DNA from: Candidatus Hydrogenedentota bacterium
GTDB lineage: Bacteria; Hydrogenedentota; Hydrogenedentia; Hydrogenedentales; SLHB01
Length of the DNA: 64,000 nucleotides
Assembly (NCBI GenBank): GCA_963674865.2
Contig: CAXXYE010000006.1
Coordinates: forward strand, 216,372-280,371
Direction of reading: 5' to 3'
In this document: positions 63,635 through 64,000 of the stretch, piece after piece
Numbering within the stretch: the first letter of the stretch is position 1
Layout of the letters: each line of letters starts with the position of its first letter
Position numbers and translations under genes: made by a program
Notes under the pieces: model-generated
What the model was told of the DNA's origin: nothing
The model's database searches: none
What the model saw: only the letters and a program-made list of their open reading frames with translations

Positions 63635-64000
63635 ATGCGCCAATCGAGAATCATCGTAGCGACTATTGTACTGTTGATTGCCTTCGGCTGTGTCTTGAAG
63701 ACGCACCATACCATCGAGGCCCACATCACCGTGGATATCCGGCACGTCGAGGCCCAGGCCGATAACGTGCTCGACTTCATCGAAGGCAAGACCGACGAGG
63801 TGCCGAAGGTCGCCCCGGGCACGAACTCGGACGGCGCTTCGCTGCTCCAGCGATTCGGCGATGTGCTGCGCCCCATTCCCGTTGCCCACGCGGCCGAACT
63901 GAAGGAGTCCTCCCCGCTCGTCACCCAGATTCTCAAGGAGTTACGCGAGCGTTATCCCAAAATCCAAGCGCTCAAGACGCAAAAGTCGCTCGGCGAGGAC
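63635..64000 (+). CDS. Lipoprotein with YnbE-like N-terminus fused to YdbL/DUF1318-like domain (truncated by window end)
   Basis: Manual translation after AGGAGG: MRQSRIIVATIVLLIAFG-C VLKTHHTIEAHITVDIRHVEAQADNVLDFI..LRERYPKIQALKTQKSLGED. Confidence 0.7.
   Translation, partial: MRQSRIIVATIVLLIAFGCVLKTHHTIEAHITVDIRHVEAQADNVLDFIEGKTDEVPKVAPGTNSDGASLLQRFGDVLRPIPVAHAAELKESSPLVTQILKELRERYPKIQALKTQKSLGED

Overview
High-GC (roughly 65% by eye) bacterial chromosomal window. Gene style suggests a glycan-degrading diderm such as Candidatus Hydrogenedentota (inference only). Housekeeping genes include icd, mdh, rny-ymdB-smc, purE, rlmD and pcm. There are many secreted carbohydrate and sulfate enzymes (GH99/WbsX-like, GH38-like, BNR sialidase-like, two Cys-type sulfatases) with an SSS transporter, two radical SAM genes, an 8-gene surface-glycan modification operon, and a YdbH-like gene followed by a fused YnbE/YdbL-like lipoprotein. 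One intact 1582-bp IS1202-family (formerly ISNCY) element has a 16-bp target duplication and a strongly base-paired ~125-nt non-coding segment at its right end. The first ~4.3 kb carries several single-base frameshifts that look like consensus errors. No CRISPR array, tRNA or rRNA was seen. Best leads: the structured IS end, an orphan AmrS radical SAM coupled to a small Tat-motif peptide, a histone H1-like tail fused to an IMPase, the YnbE-YdbL fusion, and structured leaders upstream of rny and a nitrilase.
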